Source: Psammoneis japonica (taxonomy: Eukaryota). Taken from it: a stretch of 64,000 bases of DNA. Shown here one piece after another: positions 49,055 to 62,438 of the stretch. Under the pieces are notes generated by a model. It saw only the letters and a program-made list of their open reading frames with translations. It made no database searches and had not been told where the DNA came from. Made by a program: the position numbers and the translations under genes. Numbering within the stretch: the stretch's first letter is position 1; each line of letters begins with the position of its first letter. Location of the stretch: positions 121,681 through 185,680 of the forward strand of contig QPGO01000095.1 in assembly GCA_008632985.1 (NCBI GenBank), written 5' to 3'.

Positions 49055-52000
49055 ATGAAATTTGCCGCAAGCGGAATTTTCCTGCTTGTTGCAGGAATCA
49101 ATGTTCCTCTTACCGTGCTTGCAAGCCCCACATCGCACATAAGCGACGTTCAACCGGTACGGACGAATGAATATTGTGTACTGTGTTTAGGAGTTCTTGC
49201 TTCCTTTTTGATTACTCACAAGATTTTTCTCCGTCAAACTCGTTGTACAAAGGGAACAGAGGACTACGTTCTAGAAGAACTTCCTTTTCTCGGCGATCTC
49301 CAGCGGGATCTTGGTACCGACATGGGCGTCCCCGGTATAGAGGAAAATGCCATTTGCATGAATGACGCTGCTGGTGAACCCGGGCTTAGATGTACCTCCG
49401 AAGCTGTCGATCTAGCATCGGCTATCCCACCCGCAAATGTTACGGGCTGCAATGTTGAAGGAGATGATGTCAGTTTCATTTTGCAATTCCAGCTCGATAT
49501 AAATGCAGGTCAACGCTTCGATGTTGGCATTTGGTTTTCAGAAACGGGTACGAGCGCCCAAACAGGAGTCTGCACTGCGGTGAATCTTCCGTGGGGGCAG
49601 GCACCGACTTACGTTGATTTGGATATGACGAACAACCCTTTTCCAGGAGGCGGTGGAAGTGCCCCTCCATCCAACATACAAGATACGTGCGGAGACCTTG
49701 ACAAAAGTTCTCAGACGTTCCCTGTCATACTGTCCATCCCCCTGACGGTGAAATGCGTCGATCTAGTTGGCAATGATCGAATGTTAGATGTACCGTACTG
49801 CACCAGCTGGAGGACATCAGGAACGACTAAGAACACCCTATGCACATCCCCTCTGGAAACTTTTCCTCTTGAAAAAAGCATGTGTAAATGCGATGTGTTA
49901 TCGCTCCCCATCGTTGTACCAGGCACGCCGAGTCCCACGCCATCACCTACCCCGAGTCCAACACCTGCGCCAACCCCATCTCCTACGCCAAATCCGACAC
50001 CGTCTCCAACACCTGCTCCTACCCCGAGTCCTACACCTGCTCCGACGCCGAGTCCAACGCCGGCCCCCACCCCATCTCCTACACCGAGTCCAACCACATC
50101 TCCTACGCCAAGTCCGATACCGTCTCCAACACCTGCGCCTACCCCGAGTCCTACACCTGCCCCGACGCCGAGTCCAACGCCGAATCCGACACCGTCTCCA
50201 ACACCGTCTCCCACTCCGAGTCCAACACCTTTTCCTACACCGAGTCCAACTCCATCTCCTACTACACCGAGTGCGACACCGTCACCTACTCCAGCTCCAA
50301 CTCCAAGCCCTACACCTTCTCCGACGCCGTCTCCCACTCCAAGTCCAACACCTTCTCCTACTCCGACTCCCAAGGGTGCTTGTTGCTCTTTCCATGGATG
50401 TCGCGAAGTGACAGAAGAAGATTGCGATTCAATCTACTATGGCACGTGGCTCGGTCCCAACACCGCTTGCTCAAAGCGGGCATGCAAGGGAGCTTGCTGC
50501 ATCGACTCGTGGCCACATTGCTTCGAAACGAAGGAATCAAAGTGCAAAAATGGTGTTTTCGAAGGAGTTGGAACTTTCTGTGATGATTCCGATACGTGCA
50601 CTACTCCACAGCCAACACCCTCACCTACTCCTGCTCCGACGCCCTCTCCTACACCGAGTCCCACTCCATCGCCAACGAGTCAGGTGCCCGGAGCTTGTTG
50701 CTACTACCATGGATGTGTTTCTGCAACCGAAGATCAGTGCACTTCGAAATACTCAGGCACGTTCATTGGTCCGGGTAGTGAGTGCTCAAAGCATGTTTGT
50801 AAGGGGGCCTGCTGCACAGATTCCTGGCCGTATTGCTTCGAAACGAAGAAATCAAAGTGCAAAAATGGTGTTTTCGAAGGAGTTGGAACTCTCTGTGAGG
50901 ATTCCGATACGTGTACTACTCCACCGCCAACGCCCTCTCCTACTCCTGCGCCGACGCCCTCTCCTACACCGAGTCCCACTCCATCGCCAACGAGTCAGGT
51001 GCCCGGAGCTTGTTGCTTTAAACATGGATGTGTTTCTGTAACCGAAGATAAATGCACTTCGGAATACTATGGCACGTTTATTGGTCCGGGTAGTGAGTGC
51101 TCAAATCATATTTGCAAGGGGGCGTGCTGCACAGATTCCTGGCCGTATTGTTTTGAAACCAAGGAATCAAAGTGCAAAAATGGTGTTTTCGAAGGAGTTG
51201 GAACTTTCTGTAATCATCCTGATACGTGTCCGACCAACAGTCCAACGACGTCTCCGTCTGAATTGCCTGGCGCATGCTGCTTCCCGAAGCATTCAAAATG
51301 TTTGGACAAGACAGAGGAACTTTGCAACTCCAGCGGGGGTGATTACCGGGGCGCTGGAACAAAATGTTCGGATGACGAAGTTTGCCCGACTACTGGGGCT
51401 TGTTGCGTCAAGAATTATTTGTGCCTGGACCTCCCACAGCATTTATGCGGCGACAGCCCGAATGTCTTTTTCGGCATTGGCAGCAAATGCGCTGATGAAA
51501 AAGATTGGTGCCCTTTGGCAACCAAAACACCGGCTCCTACGCCTCGAGCCGTTGTCAAGGGTGCATGCTGCTTCTCCAATGGAAAATGCAAGTCGTTGAC
51601 AGCTCGCAAATGTAAAAGCAGGTATGGAAATTACCAAGGAGATTACGTTCCCTGCAATCTTGATAGGACTTGTCCTGCTACTCCACGTCCTACCATTGTT
51701 TCCAATCTTTCTGGCGCGTGCTGCTTTGCCAGCGAAGGCATTTGCAAGATGTTCAAGGGAAAGAAGTGTATTCGAAAAGGAGGATCATACGCTGGGCCGG
51801 GAAAAAAGTGCAACATAAAGACTTGTCCCGCCGCGTTTGGAGCTTGTTGCCTGTCTGGCGGCTGCAAGAATTCTCAGATTGCCTCTTGCCACCGCCGAAA
51901 AGGCCGATTTCAAGGATTGGGCTCTCGTTGCTCCGAGGTCAAATGCACAGCAAGAAAGGGGGCCTGTTGCTGGAAAAGCGGCGAGTGTTTAATGCTCAAC

Positions 52001-52087
52001 GAGAAGAAATGCTGGAGGAAGGATGGGCATTTCGTTGGCGAAGGTTCCAAGTGCAGGCGTGGATACTGCCCAGTAAAGGTGCATTAG
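49055..52087 (+). CDS. Secreted protein, paralog 2: N-terminal Cys-containing globular domain, (PTPSPT)n stalk and 12 GACC repeats; probable in-frame 96-nt intron 49157-49252
   Basis: 1010-codon ORF with signal peptide. Phase-0 gtacgg...caaag intron. The C-terminal 1.7 kb is nearly identical to 40070-41780. Confidence 0.85.
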   Translation: MKFAASGIFLLVAGINVPLTVLASPTSHISDVQPVRTNEYCVLCLGVLASFLITHKIFLRQTRCTKGTEDYVLEELPFLGDLQRDLGTDMGVPGIEENAICMNDAAGEPGLRCTSEAVDLASAIPPANVTGCNVEGDDVSFILQFQLDINAGQRFDVGIWFSETGTSAQTGVCTAVNLPWGQAPTYVDLDMTNNPFPGGGGSAPPSNIQDTCGDLDKSSQTFPVILSIPLTVKCVDLVGNDRMLDVPYCTSWRTSGTTKNTLCTSPLETFPLEKSMCKCDVLSLPIVVPGTPSPTPSPTPSPTPAPTPSPTPNPTPSPTPAPTPSPTPAPTPSPTPAPTPSPTPSPTTSPTPSPIPSPTPAPTPSPTPAPTPSPTPNPTPSPTPSPTPSPTPFPTPSPTPSPTTPSATPSPTPAPTPSPTPSPTPSPTPSPTPSPTPTPKGACCSFHGCREVTEEDCDSIYYGTWLGPNTACSKRACKGACCIDSWPHCFETKESKCKNGVFEGVGTFCDDSDTCTTPQPTPSPTPAPTPSPTPSPTPSPTSQVPGACCYYHGCVSATEDQCTSKYSGTFIGPGSECSKHVCKGACCTDSWPYCFETKKSKCKNGVFEGVGTLCEDSDTCTTPPPTPSPTPAPTPSPTPSPTPSPTSQVPGACCFKHGCVSVTEDKCTSEYYGTFIGPGSECSNHICKGACCTDSWPYCFETKESKCKNGVFEGVGTFCNHPDTCPTNSPTTSPSELPGACCFPKHSKCLDKTEELCNSSGGDYRGAGTKCSDDEVCPTTGACCVKNYLCLDLPQHLCGDSPNVFFGIGSKCADEKDWCPLATKTPAPTPRAVVKGACCFSNGKCKSLTARKCKSRYGNYQGDYVPCNLDRTCPATPRPTIVSNLSGACCFASEGICKMFKGKKCIRKGGSYAGPGKKCNIKTCPAAFGACCLSGGCKNSQIASCHRRKGRFQGLGSRCSEVKCTARKGACCWKSGECLMLNEKKCWRKDGHFVGEGSKCRRGYCPVKVH

Positions 52088-55000
52088 GGGTTGTCTTAAC
52101 CATCACAGTTGAGACTGGATCCAACATTGGCGCGCGATCTTCTTTCAAATTACCTTTTCTGATGTTACTATAAGTTGAATGTTCACTGACAAAATTACGA
52201 GTGCTGCTACTCTCTACTCTAGAGTGGGGGCCACTGCCAACTGCCAGAGGAGAGAGTTCTCGTTTCTTGCTTTGTCAACGTCAAGCACCATGGCATCTTT
52301 GATTTAAGGTTTTGCCCTGCAGTGCCAAAGACTTGCCCTCTGTTCTAAAGTTTGATTCAACGTCATCATGTGAAGCCCATCCCATCTGCCAACACAAATC
52401 TGTTCTTGTGAGGCCGAGTGTGAGCAATGCATTTCCAGTCCTCAGGTAGAGTTTGTCCAAATCACCCACATTCAAATGCAACAGCTGTGGCAAATTCAAA
52501 TGGAGTGGCTCACCATCATCTTTCTGGACCCACTGGGTCTGTGGGCAAGAATGAAACAAGAGGCATCTGCAGAGCTCAGAGTGGAGGGTCAAGAAGGGCT
52601 CCAAAACTGGACAAAAGTTTTGTGACTGCAAATCATGACCAAGGGGTTGTGATTTTATTTTATTTCAAGAAGCACTCTCTTTTGCACTCCTGGCAACTCC
52701 TCCCCAAAAGTGACTCACACCACCAGGCTTTGTAAGCCCCACTTGTTGGGTGAGAAAATGGCTCAATTGGTTGAAACCATGCCAAAGGGCAATCCAAAAA
52801 GAGCTGCAAGGCAGTGCACACACAATCTCATTTTGTGTGTGACAAGCTCCAAATTGTTGTGGTCTGACATGCAGGCAACTCATCTAGAAGGGAGCACTGC
52901 AACCAACTGAGTGACACACCACAGACCCAAACATTGTTGGCTCCATTTTTTCAGGGTCTCCACTGGAAGATTGTCAGGGCACGGTGCAAGCTCTGGGAAA
53001 AGATCATCAACTTGACTTGGAGATGGCTGTGGAGAAATCATTTTCTTGAGTGGCGCTGGTCCTTCCAGATTGCACTGCATTTTGTTTCAAAGCTTGGATC
53101 CTGCCATGGCCGCTGATGGAAAGTTTGGATGTGGTGTGCATTTTTCCGGGCACACTGCCAAGATGGATCAACACATTTGCTTAAACAGGCACTCTCAAAA
53201 GGAGAGAAAGCTTGCCTCACTGCATGACAAGATCAGTGCTGCTGATTGACACACCACCCATGTGCACCATTGTCATGTTTCTCACACTGAACAGGGTCAA
53301 AACTTTGTTGCTTCAGAAGATGGCAAGAGGTGCCTCATGGGCAGCAGGAGCTTTTTGCCAATAAAACCACCAGAAGTGCCTTGTCTTCCCCGGTGGACAG
53401 AGCTGGGCGATCTTGTTTTGTGGCAAAGCCAGGAGGCCACATGAACATCTTTCATTTGTTTGTGTGTGGTTTTGAGCCTGACCCAATCTTTGTTTTGAGC
53501 ACAAGGCAGCCCACTGGCAACAAGATTCATTCTTGTGTGACTGCAGCTTGCCACTGACCAAGTGTGCACCCAGGTTCCAAGGAGAGATCAACTGAGGTCA
53601 AAAGAGCTCAGCTCTGTGGTGAGTCAGCAGACACAGCAACAAGCCACAGCACAAGCATCCCTGACCAGATGTTGCTGCTGGCTGCACCTTCCACAAGAAG
53701 AAAATTGGGCATCACCACACACCTTGCTGCCACTTGTCTTTGGCAGAAGTTGCTGCCATCTCTTGTTTGGCCCTTTGAGAGGGCACCTTGCTGGTGTTGT
53801 CCTTTGGAACACAGCCTTTTGCAGCCAGCCTTCCTTCTTTGCCACATGCACTGCCCACAGTGTCTGACATGGAACCTGTTTGAAAAAGGCTTGCAAGTGC
53901 AGAAACATTCTGCAGCTGCCTGGTTTGATGTGTCAGGAATGAGGAAAGCATGAACTGCTAACTTCACAGTGCTGCCCAGCTGTGCACAGCCAGTTCTGCC
54001 AAAAAGTGTTTGCTGGTGCTGAAGTGTTCTAAAAAAAGAATCTCATGTTGGCATGGAATGCATGTTGTCCCTGCCACATGGCCATTTTGACAGATGAAAG
54101 CACAGCATTGCTGTTGCTGCCACCTGCTGCTTTTGGTGGTTGGTGGTTTGCACTTTTGATGGCCTGAAATTGATGCACAACTTTTGATTTGTGGCCCTGC
54201 TTTTGGCACATGCATGAGATGCACACCAATTTGTTGTTGTGGGTTTGTGGATTGGCGCAACCCCAGCTTGGCACTTGCTCAAAACCATGGCTTGAAGCCA
54301 GTGCCTTTCAGCTTGGTCTCAGCCTTGCAAGTCTTTGGACATGCTTGTTCTTCTTGGCAAAGCAGGAAGTGACACAGCACACCAGGCCCTGAGATTTGAC
54401 TGCTTGTTTGTTTGTGTAATTTGTGCATCTTTTCCTGCTGGTGCTTTGGTGCAATCTGTGGTGGACTTTGGGTGAAGCATGCTTTGTGGGAAATGGAGTG
54501 AACTGTTTTACACAAAAAAGGCACAGGAGATGGATGCTGCTGGGAGACAGATGCTGCTCATTGCTCTTCAGAAACACACATGGGTGATTGTGTGGCAGAA
54601 CTGCCTGCTGGAACAACTGACCTCTCTTGCAAGAGAAAGAAGCAAAGGGAAGACGCAGTTTTGAGACAATGGGAGAGCAGCATGTGGAGGGCTCTGCTGG
54701 TCTGATGCACCTGCCTGTTCTTTGATGATGTGCAAATGTGCTGCTGTTTGCAATGAAACCTGGTGTTGCCAGCAGCAGTTGTTTTGTTGTGAGTCACATG
54801 GAAAAACAGGATGGATTTGCAAGATGGTGGTGCAGCACACAGCAGATGAAGCTTGCTTGCCCAACAAAGTGAGCTCCACTCACTCGTCAACTGTGGCGTG
54901 TTGGTTGGTTTTGCAGTTTGCAACCACACAACCACCCAAACATGATTGATCATGGCACAGCATGCAAAAGAGGAGGATGAGGGAGAACTTGGTGAGAGGA

Positions 55001-55749
55001 TGAGGGAGAACTTCATGGTGAGAGGGGCAAAAAGTCACATCAGATTTGAGTTGACAGGCCAGGTGAAAGAGCGCATGTGGTCAACACCAGAGGCAAAGCA
55101 GCCTGCCATGATGGGAGAGAGAGAAGAGCAAAAATGACAACCTTTTCCAAGCCTGAGTGTGATCCAGTCACTGTGGTCAATGAACCTGTTCCAATCAACA
55201 AAGCTGGAGAAGTGAAAGAACAGAGAACCATTGCCTGGCCGGTCATGGCCAGCAAAAGACTGTGACAAGTCATCTTGGCTTGGGGCACCCTTCTCCAGTC
55301 AGATCAGCTGAAGGGTCACACTCATTGGGTGGGCTTGAGGAGCACCTGCTGCCTTGAAGTGCTTGCTGGCAGGGCTGTGGGTGTGACATCTGCAGGTGCC
55401 AGCAAAAAAAGCTAAAGAGTCATGCACAGAGCAGCAAGACAGCATGTCATTGTTGTGGTGAACCAAACCACAAGTCCCCAGACTGCAGGTGCAAGGATGA
55501 GATTCCACAGAAGGATTGGTTCAAGAATGCTGGGGCAAGAAACTGGATGCCAGGGGACACAGTCCCATGCACAAAGACAAAAACAACTCATCAGTGAGCA
55601 GCAACAATGCCAGCATCAAAACACCAGTGGATCAAGTCAATTGACAAGTTCCAGCAGAAGAAGCATTGCATGGCATGTGTTTCAAACAGATGAACAGGCC
55701 AAACAGAGGCCAGAGACAAGTTTGAGCCAAGCCAACATTGGCACTGAGT

Positions 55750-58540
55750 TGGACAAAATCATCCTTGACAATGGTTCTGCCTTTGGCATTGCAGCAAGCC
55801 GGAGCCTGGAGCACAATGTGAGGCTGGCAAGGGTCAACATTGACATGTCCACGAGTGCAGGAATGGACACTTTGGACAAAGACTGTGCTGTGCCAGGATG
55901 GGGTGATGTGAAGCTTGAGCTGCAGAACACAAGAACAGCACATTTCCCAAGTTTGAAGGATGTGAAGAGCAAGCACTGCATTGCATGCAACAACAGGGCA
56001 GTGAATGAGCTCTGTGTGCTGGCCAACAAGAAGTCAGGCAAACAAGTTGTGGTGTTCAAAGTCAACGACATTGGACCACACACATTTGCTCCAAGCCAGC
56101 AATTCCTTGACCACATGAAAGAAATCTAAGAAGATGAGTCACATGTGAGCATGCTGTCAAAGGGAAAGAAGGTTGCAAAGAAGACCAACAAGAAGTGCAG
56201 GAGTGCATCCATCAGGAACTGTTGTTCCAACTGTGAAACAGAGTGTGAAAGGCTGCACCAAACAGGAGGCAGTGAGCACTGAGAATGCACTCAGGCCATG
56301 CTGTGAGGCCAAAACACCCAGTGTGAGGGATTTCAAAAAATGTGGACAGAATGGTGGCCATGTGGGGACCACCGACAGGCACACTCAAAGGCAAGACCAA
56401 GTGTGCACACCACTCCTGCACAAGGAACAATGTCATTGCACCACCACCTGAAATCTGCAAGAAGCAGAGAGAAGGCATGACCCTTTGCATTGACATTGTG
56501 GAAGCATGTGGTGTCAAGACATTGCATGTGATTGATGAGATGATCCAGTGCAGATCAAGTGTGCAACTGTGGTCCAAGAAACATGAGGACATCTGCAAGG
56601 CCATGGACATGATTCTCAGACAGCGCAAAACACTGCATTGTTTAAGATTGACTTTGTTGAGTGTGATCCAGAGTTCAAGGACATGCTGGTGGAAGTTGTG
56701 GATGGTGTGAACCTGGAGCTGACATCTGCAAATGCTGAGGATCATGTTCCCAAAATTGAGCAAAGTGTCCAAACCATCAAGGAGCAAACCTGCACTGCTG
56801 TGCACAAGACAACACCCAAGCTCATGTGCAAGCAAGCCATGATCAAGAACACTGTCATGTTGAATGTGCACTCACAACTGGAAGGGATTTCTGACACCTG
56901 CAGTCCACACACCATTGTGCAACAATGAAAGAGCCTCAACTGCAACAAGCATTTTCAGCTTGAATTTGAGGAACTTGTTGTTTTCCACATTGAGAACAAC
57001 AAGACAAACACTGTGGAAGTGCAGGGTGTTGACAGCATCTGCCTGCAACCCAGGAAGTCACTGTGCTGTGAACCCACACATGGGAAAGACATTGAATCTC
57101 TGCAGGTGCACCTCTGCACCTTTGATGGACACACATGTTGCAGCTGTTGAGGACATGACCAAGAGACAAGGTCTCAAGAAATTCAAGTCTGCAAGAAAGT
57201 GCAGAGGCAATCTGCGCAGTGCTGGTTAGACTGCAGGAGTGGACAACAACCAAATCGGAAGCAACAGCAAGAACAGCAATGACAAGAGTGCACCAAGCAA
57301 AAATGATGATGCGTGCTGCACAACTGAGTCAGAGAACAAAGACTGTGAAGACAAGCCCAACTCAGATGACAAGTGCAAGGGGGGCAATGAGACACTGGCC
57401 AATGAAAGGTCCAGCCCCAATCAACAGCACAAAGCTCAAGAGGAGTGAGAGATCCACGATGACTTAGAAAACAATGACCACTGTGAGAGTGAAGAGTCCA
57501 AAAGATGGATGAAGAGCCCCAACCAGATTCAAGATGGGAAGGTGAATGAATGGAGGAAGAAGCAAATGCTCTAGAAGAAAGGGTTGCAAGAACCAGGAGA
57601 TCATTGTTGAGCTGCAAGAACCCAAAAGCAAACAACAAGTCCATGAGCTGGCTGAACAAGATGCATGGCAGCCACGGCAAAGTCGTTGCCATGCAAGGGA
57701 AGAGACATGACTGTCTTGGCATGACCCTGGACTTCAGTTAAAAAGGAAAAGTGAAAGTTGACATGGCGGGCTGCATTTGCAAGATGATTTGTCAGTTTCC
57801 GGAGAAGACAAAAAGCACAGATTCTGGGGTGACACCATCCGAGGAGAAGACATTTGACACCAGTGGAACAAGATCACCTGATGAGAAGGCCCAGACCTTC
57901 CACATGTGTGTGGCCAAGGAACTGTTCCTGTCCAAGAGAGGCCAAATGGACACACATCCCACCATCACCATGTTGTGCACATGAGCAAGAGCTCCCATCA
58001 ACAAGGATTGGTTGAAGCTGGTCCATTGTCTCAAGCACTTGAGCTGGACAAGAAACAAAGTTGCTCAAAAGGACCTCTGAATCATCAAGTGGCATGTGGA
58101 TGCATCATTCGCAGCACATCCCAAGTTCAAGAGCCATGCCGGAGGAGTCATGGCAATGGGTGATGGAGCAGTGCAGACCATCTTGAAATGCCAGAAGCTC
58201 AACACCTGAAGCAGCACAGAAGCTGAACTTGTTCTTGGAGTTGACAATGCCATGACCGTGATTTTGTGGATGAAGCTCTTCATGGAGCACCAAGGGCATC
58301 TGATCAACAAGAATGTCCTGCATCAGGATGACAAAAGCACCATCCTGCTGGAGACCAATGGGTGCAAGAGTGCTGGGAAGTGATGACGTGCACTCAACAT
58401 TTGGTGTTTCTTTGTTGTTGATCAGATCAATTGAGGCAACTTATGAGCACAACATTGTCCTGCCAATGACATGCTTGGAGACTTCATGACTGAGCCACTG
58501 CAAAGCAAGAAGTTCTGAAAGTTTAAACAAGCCATTGTGG
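55750..58540 (+). mobile_element. Decayed CoDi-like Ty1/copia pol (PR-IN-partial RT-RNase H) with internal deletion of the RT N-terminal part at about 57595
   Basis: IILDNGS (PR). DHVPKIEQSVQTIKEQ (IN). WLNKMHG...GKRHDCLGMTLDFS (RT). KWHVDASFAAHP..KSHAGG, QKLNT*SSTEAELV, QGHLI..NVLHQDDKSTILLE.NG and ALNIWCFF (RNase H). LTRs not identified. Confidence 0.85.
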
Positions 58541-59049
58541 GGCATCAATGTCAAGCACAACAGGCATGAGGCCTGTTCTTTGTGACATCAGATGAGAATT
58601 CTTGTGGGTGAATGACACCTGACAAGTTTGATGTTCAGCACAAATGTGAGAGGCAACAAGAGCCTTGAGACCTGAGCACATTGTTTTTGCCAAGAGAGCA
58701 ACAATCAACAAGAGGAGTTGATGACTGTGACATCAAATTGGTCAAACAAGGTGACCAACAACTGCAAAATTGTGCTGGGAGATGACAATGACTCCTGCAC
58801 ACAACAACAACCGTGGGACTGTTGGAGCAGGTTCCACATCCTCACAAGATTGAAGGAGCATGAAAGATTGACATGGTGTGAAGAGGAACATGCCCAGGGT
58901 TTGCGTGAGAGCAACACAGGGGAATGACATTCCACCCCAGCCCTTTCATCTGTTGCAATGCTGTTGATGCATGTGAAGTCAAAAGTCCATGCCAGAGAAT
59001 TGGGGTTGAGAATCCAAACCTGTGTGCCCAGTGCAAAGCATGGGGAGAC

Positions 59050-59650
59050 AAGGGCCCACAGAGAGCTCTGTGATTAAAAAGACACCACAAAATTAAGAAA
59101 TTGTAGAGGTGCTGATGGATCTGACATGAGTCCTGAAGCAATTGAACATCTTAATGCTGCCACACCAATGTTCTCCATTTTGTGAAATAAAGAGATTGCA
59201 TCTGTGACTGTGGAACATGCTGTCAGTGCACACAAGACCAAAGATTGTTGGCAAGCCCTGGAGGCCAATTCTGAGAGACAAAACAAGTGCACTTGCATCA
59301 AGGGTCAATCGCCAATCAATGTCAAGCATCTGGCACCTGATGGTGGGCAGGAGCAAGAGGAAAGGATTGCCTTTTTCTCAACAAGCATGACATCAACATG
59401 CCAAGCTGCAGGCTGCAAGTTGAACATCAGTTTTTCTGCCTTTGGCATGAGCAAGAGTGGGGTCTGTGGACCCTTCATGAAACTCCAGAACAGGACAAGT
59501 GCAACAAGTGGCACAGGAAACCATGGAGGAAATTCTCTTTTGGCAACATTGACTTGTTGGTTCAACACTGTCACTTTCTGCATGACAAGTGCCAGAAAAT
59601 TCAAATGTGTCTCTGAATTGTTGAATCTTGTTTTTGCACTCAAAAAGGCA
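59050..59650 (-). pseudogene. Possible decayed UPF1/DNA2-like SF1 helicase relic
   Basis: Fragments VDVMLVEK.A, ARCLTLIGD and ISLFHKMENIG...FRTH occur in the order of SF1B motifs (DEA, LIGD, SLFERL..QYRMH), but split across frames. Confidence 0.3.
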
Positions 59651-62438
59651 AACAACTGTGTTCAATGACAACAAGCAGCCCAAGTGCAGCAATGCACCCA
59701 AATCCAAACACACAGTCAGAAGTGGTTGCCATTGAAGATTGTCACTGCAACAGAAACAGTTTGATTTCTTGCTTTTTTTCCATCATCTCTTTAATTGATT
59801 CAACACATGGGTTGGACAAGAGTTCAATTTGGTCAACAAGGACTTGACCTGGTCGTTTTTTGCTGGTGGGGCACTCACACGCACTTCAATCATGCCACCT
59901 GCATTGGCTCACACAGTGAAACAAAACAACAGCAGCTTGAAGCTGCACTGCTGGGCCCTGCCTCCTCTGCATGATTGCATGTGCAGCATGCATGCAGACA
60001 AAAGTTATTTTTGTCATGACCTTTGTGACTTTTAAAGGCTGCAACACGTCGCCATGATGCGTTGACTCTTGCAAGTAGCTGGACATTGCACATGGCACAA
60101 ATTGCCCACCAGTTTTGTGTTTCCATGAAGAAGCTGGACCCAGTGACAATGCTTTTGGTGGCTGCTGCCTCCACTGCCACCAACAACTTCATCAACATTT
60201 CATCCAAGCTCAGCAACACAATGAAAAATGGGAGCTCAGTGGCAACTGACATTCAAAACACTCACCTGACAAGAACCTTGCCACACTTCCACAGAGAGTT
60301 GCTCAAGTGTTTGTGAGAAATGTCCCATGGTTTGTTCTCCACCAATCAATTTTTTTTTAAAAGCTGCAACAAGAAATCAGAAGGGTTCACACAGGTGTTG
60401 TTTGTGGCTCTGTTGATTGGAAAGATGACCGCATGTCTTGCTGTTGTAAAAACTAGCACCGTCAAGAGGGTGCCAGGCCTTGATGACAACTGGTGCCACA
60501 AAAGGGATTCTGCACCTCACAAACATGGCCAAGGTGCTGTCAATCAGCAACAAGAAGGACGCCTCAGTTGATCTTGCTGCAGGCACAAGAACTGTGCCCC
60601 CCAAGCTTGCATCCACCATCACTCTAGATGAGATGAGAGAGGTTGATTGGAGGAAAGCAAAATGAAGAATCATCAAAAAAGGTGACAAAGGACTTGCTGC
60701 AAACATGCTCACAGTGCTGGTGAACTTGCATTGATCAATTGTGTGCTTTGACATTGGCGTTCACTCACATTGGTGTGATTGGAGGCAGAGGCCCAGGTGG
60801 ATTCACGGGTGCAGCTTCAAAGATGCACTTGTGACTGGGTTCATGAAATGACAGCATTGCACTGGTTTGTGAGTGCATTTCAGGTTGGAACCAGCAAGGG
60901 GTGTAGACTGGGTTCCAGTGTTGGCACTGGACAAGCTCAGCAGGTGCACTGTGCTGCAGTACAAACTGAAGTTTGAAAACCACATTGGCTCCCAGAGAAG
61001 CCATTGCATTTGCTGTGTGGCCACCATGCAACTCATGTCTTGCCCCAATCTGTTTCTTGTCCAACAGTTGCATGCAAAAACAACAAACACATGATCTGGG
61101 TTGCACCTCACAAAAAAACTGCTGCATGCTCCAACCAATGCTCTTAAAACACCAAAACATTTGTGTTGCGTGCAGCAAGAGAAGGCTGCAATGAACAATC
61201 CAACAAAAACAGAGGTGCACAGCACATTTTCTGGAAGAATGGACATGGGCCTGTTGCACTCCCAAATGCATTCCCATTGTGCCAAACACAACCTTCATTT
61301 TGCCTTTGCCACTTGTTTCCTTGCTTTTGCCACTGCTTTCCCCCTTTTGCTGGCTGGCAGGGGGTGGAGAGGTTGGAGTGGGGGCTGGGCACATTGTCCA
61401 CTCTTTGGGCAACTCCCCCCCCCCCTGTGCTTGCAAGCTGGCCACATGGAACAACAATGTGCAAGATGCAAAGCAGAGAATGAGTGCAATGGCCATGAGT
61501 TCATTCTCTTGCAAACAATTTTGCTGTGACCCATGCCAAGGAAAGAGCCAGCGACGTGTCCACACGTGCTTTTGTGCCATGTTGCAGTTGATGGTGATGT
61601 CATCTGTGGGGTTCTTGGGGTGGCATGATGGTGGTTCCATGACAACCAATTTTTGCGTTGTTGGCCTCAAAGTTGTTGGTCACATTGCACAGGTTGCTGT
61701 TCCCTGGTTGCTCCTCACATGCACCCACTTGAGTTGCTCAACAGGGCAATCTCTGCTGCTGGGGCAGCTGACAGGTTTTGCAAGAGGATGAAGAGGGAGG
61801 TGTGCCAGCTGAGTGTTTGCAAGTCAGCATGCTGGAGGGCAGTTTGGTGTGGTTGAGGAGAGAACTCTCATGTTTGTTTTGCCCATTTGTGGTGGAAAAA
61901 GTGGGGCAAAGGTTCAGAAAGAAAAGGAGGGAAAGGGCCGTGAAATTTGCATGGTTTCCAGCAAAAACAGAGCAGCCTCAGCACCAGAAGCAAGCTGACC
62001 ATGGTTTTCCATGTTGGTCTGGTGCATTGCCTGTTCCTTGTTGAGATGATGTGTGGGCGGCTGTTGTTGTTGTTTGCAGGGAACCTTGGCAAAGCAGCAG
62101 CAGCCGTTGTTGCGAGAGTTGCAAGGAAGAGTGGGACATGGAATTGCAACATGGGGATGCAGTCTGCAGCAGCTGGAGTTCACTTGTACGATGAAGTGAA
62201 TTCCACTCATTCAATCATTCATCATCTACTGTGTCTCCATGTGTCATGCACCTGTCATTCAATCATTCATTCAAATCACATCTGTCTGTCCGTCCGCCAA
62301 TTGGTGTTGTTTGTAGGCGCACAGCCGCCTAAACGTGATTTTGATTGATCGTAGCGCGCGTGCAACAATTTCGCGCGCAAGTCATTGCATTGCACGAACG
62401 CACAACACACAACACTTCGTTCAACGCTTACTTCCACC

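Larger units (their letters stand above)
52230..62300. other. TpA/CpG-depleted hypermutated domain 6
   Basis: About 10 kb with very few TA. Ends about 130 bp upstream of the LMBR1 start codon. Confidence 0.85.

Noticed and set aside
39671..50373. Minus-strand (GVG)n ORFs at 39671-40075 and 49711-50373, and other shadow ORFs
   Set aside because: These are antisense or alternate-frame shadows of the PTPSPT repeat coding sequence.
8510..62300. Hundreds of short overlapping Cys/His-rich ORFs in all six frames within the TA-free domains
   Set aside because: Loss of TpA removes TAA and TAG stops and Tyr codons, inflating ORF length on both strands. No coherent protein signal except the TE relics listed.
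8510..62300. Alternative genetic code or selenoprotein-like TGA use
   Set aside because: Neighbouring genes use normal Tyr codons and TAA, TAG and TGA stops. The bias affects non-coding LTRs equally.
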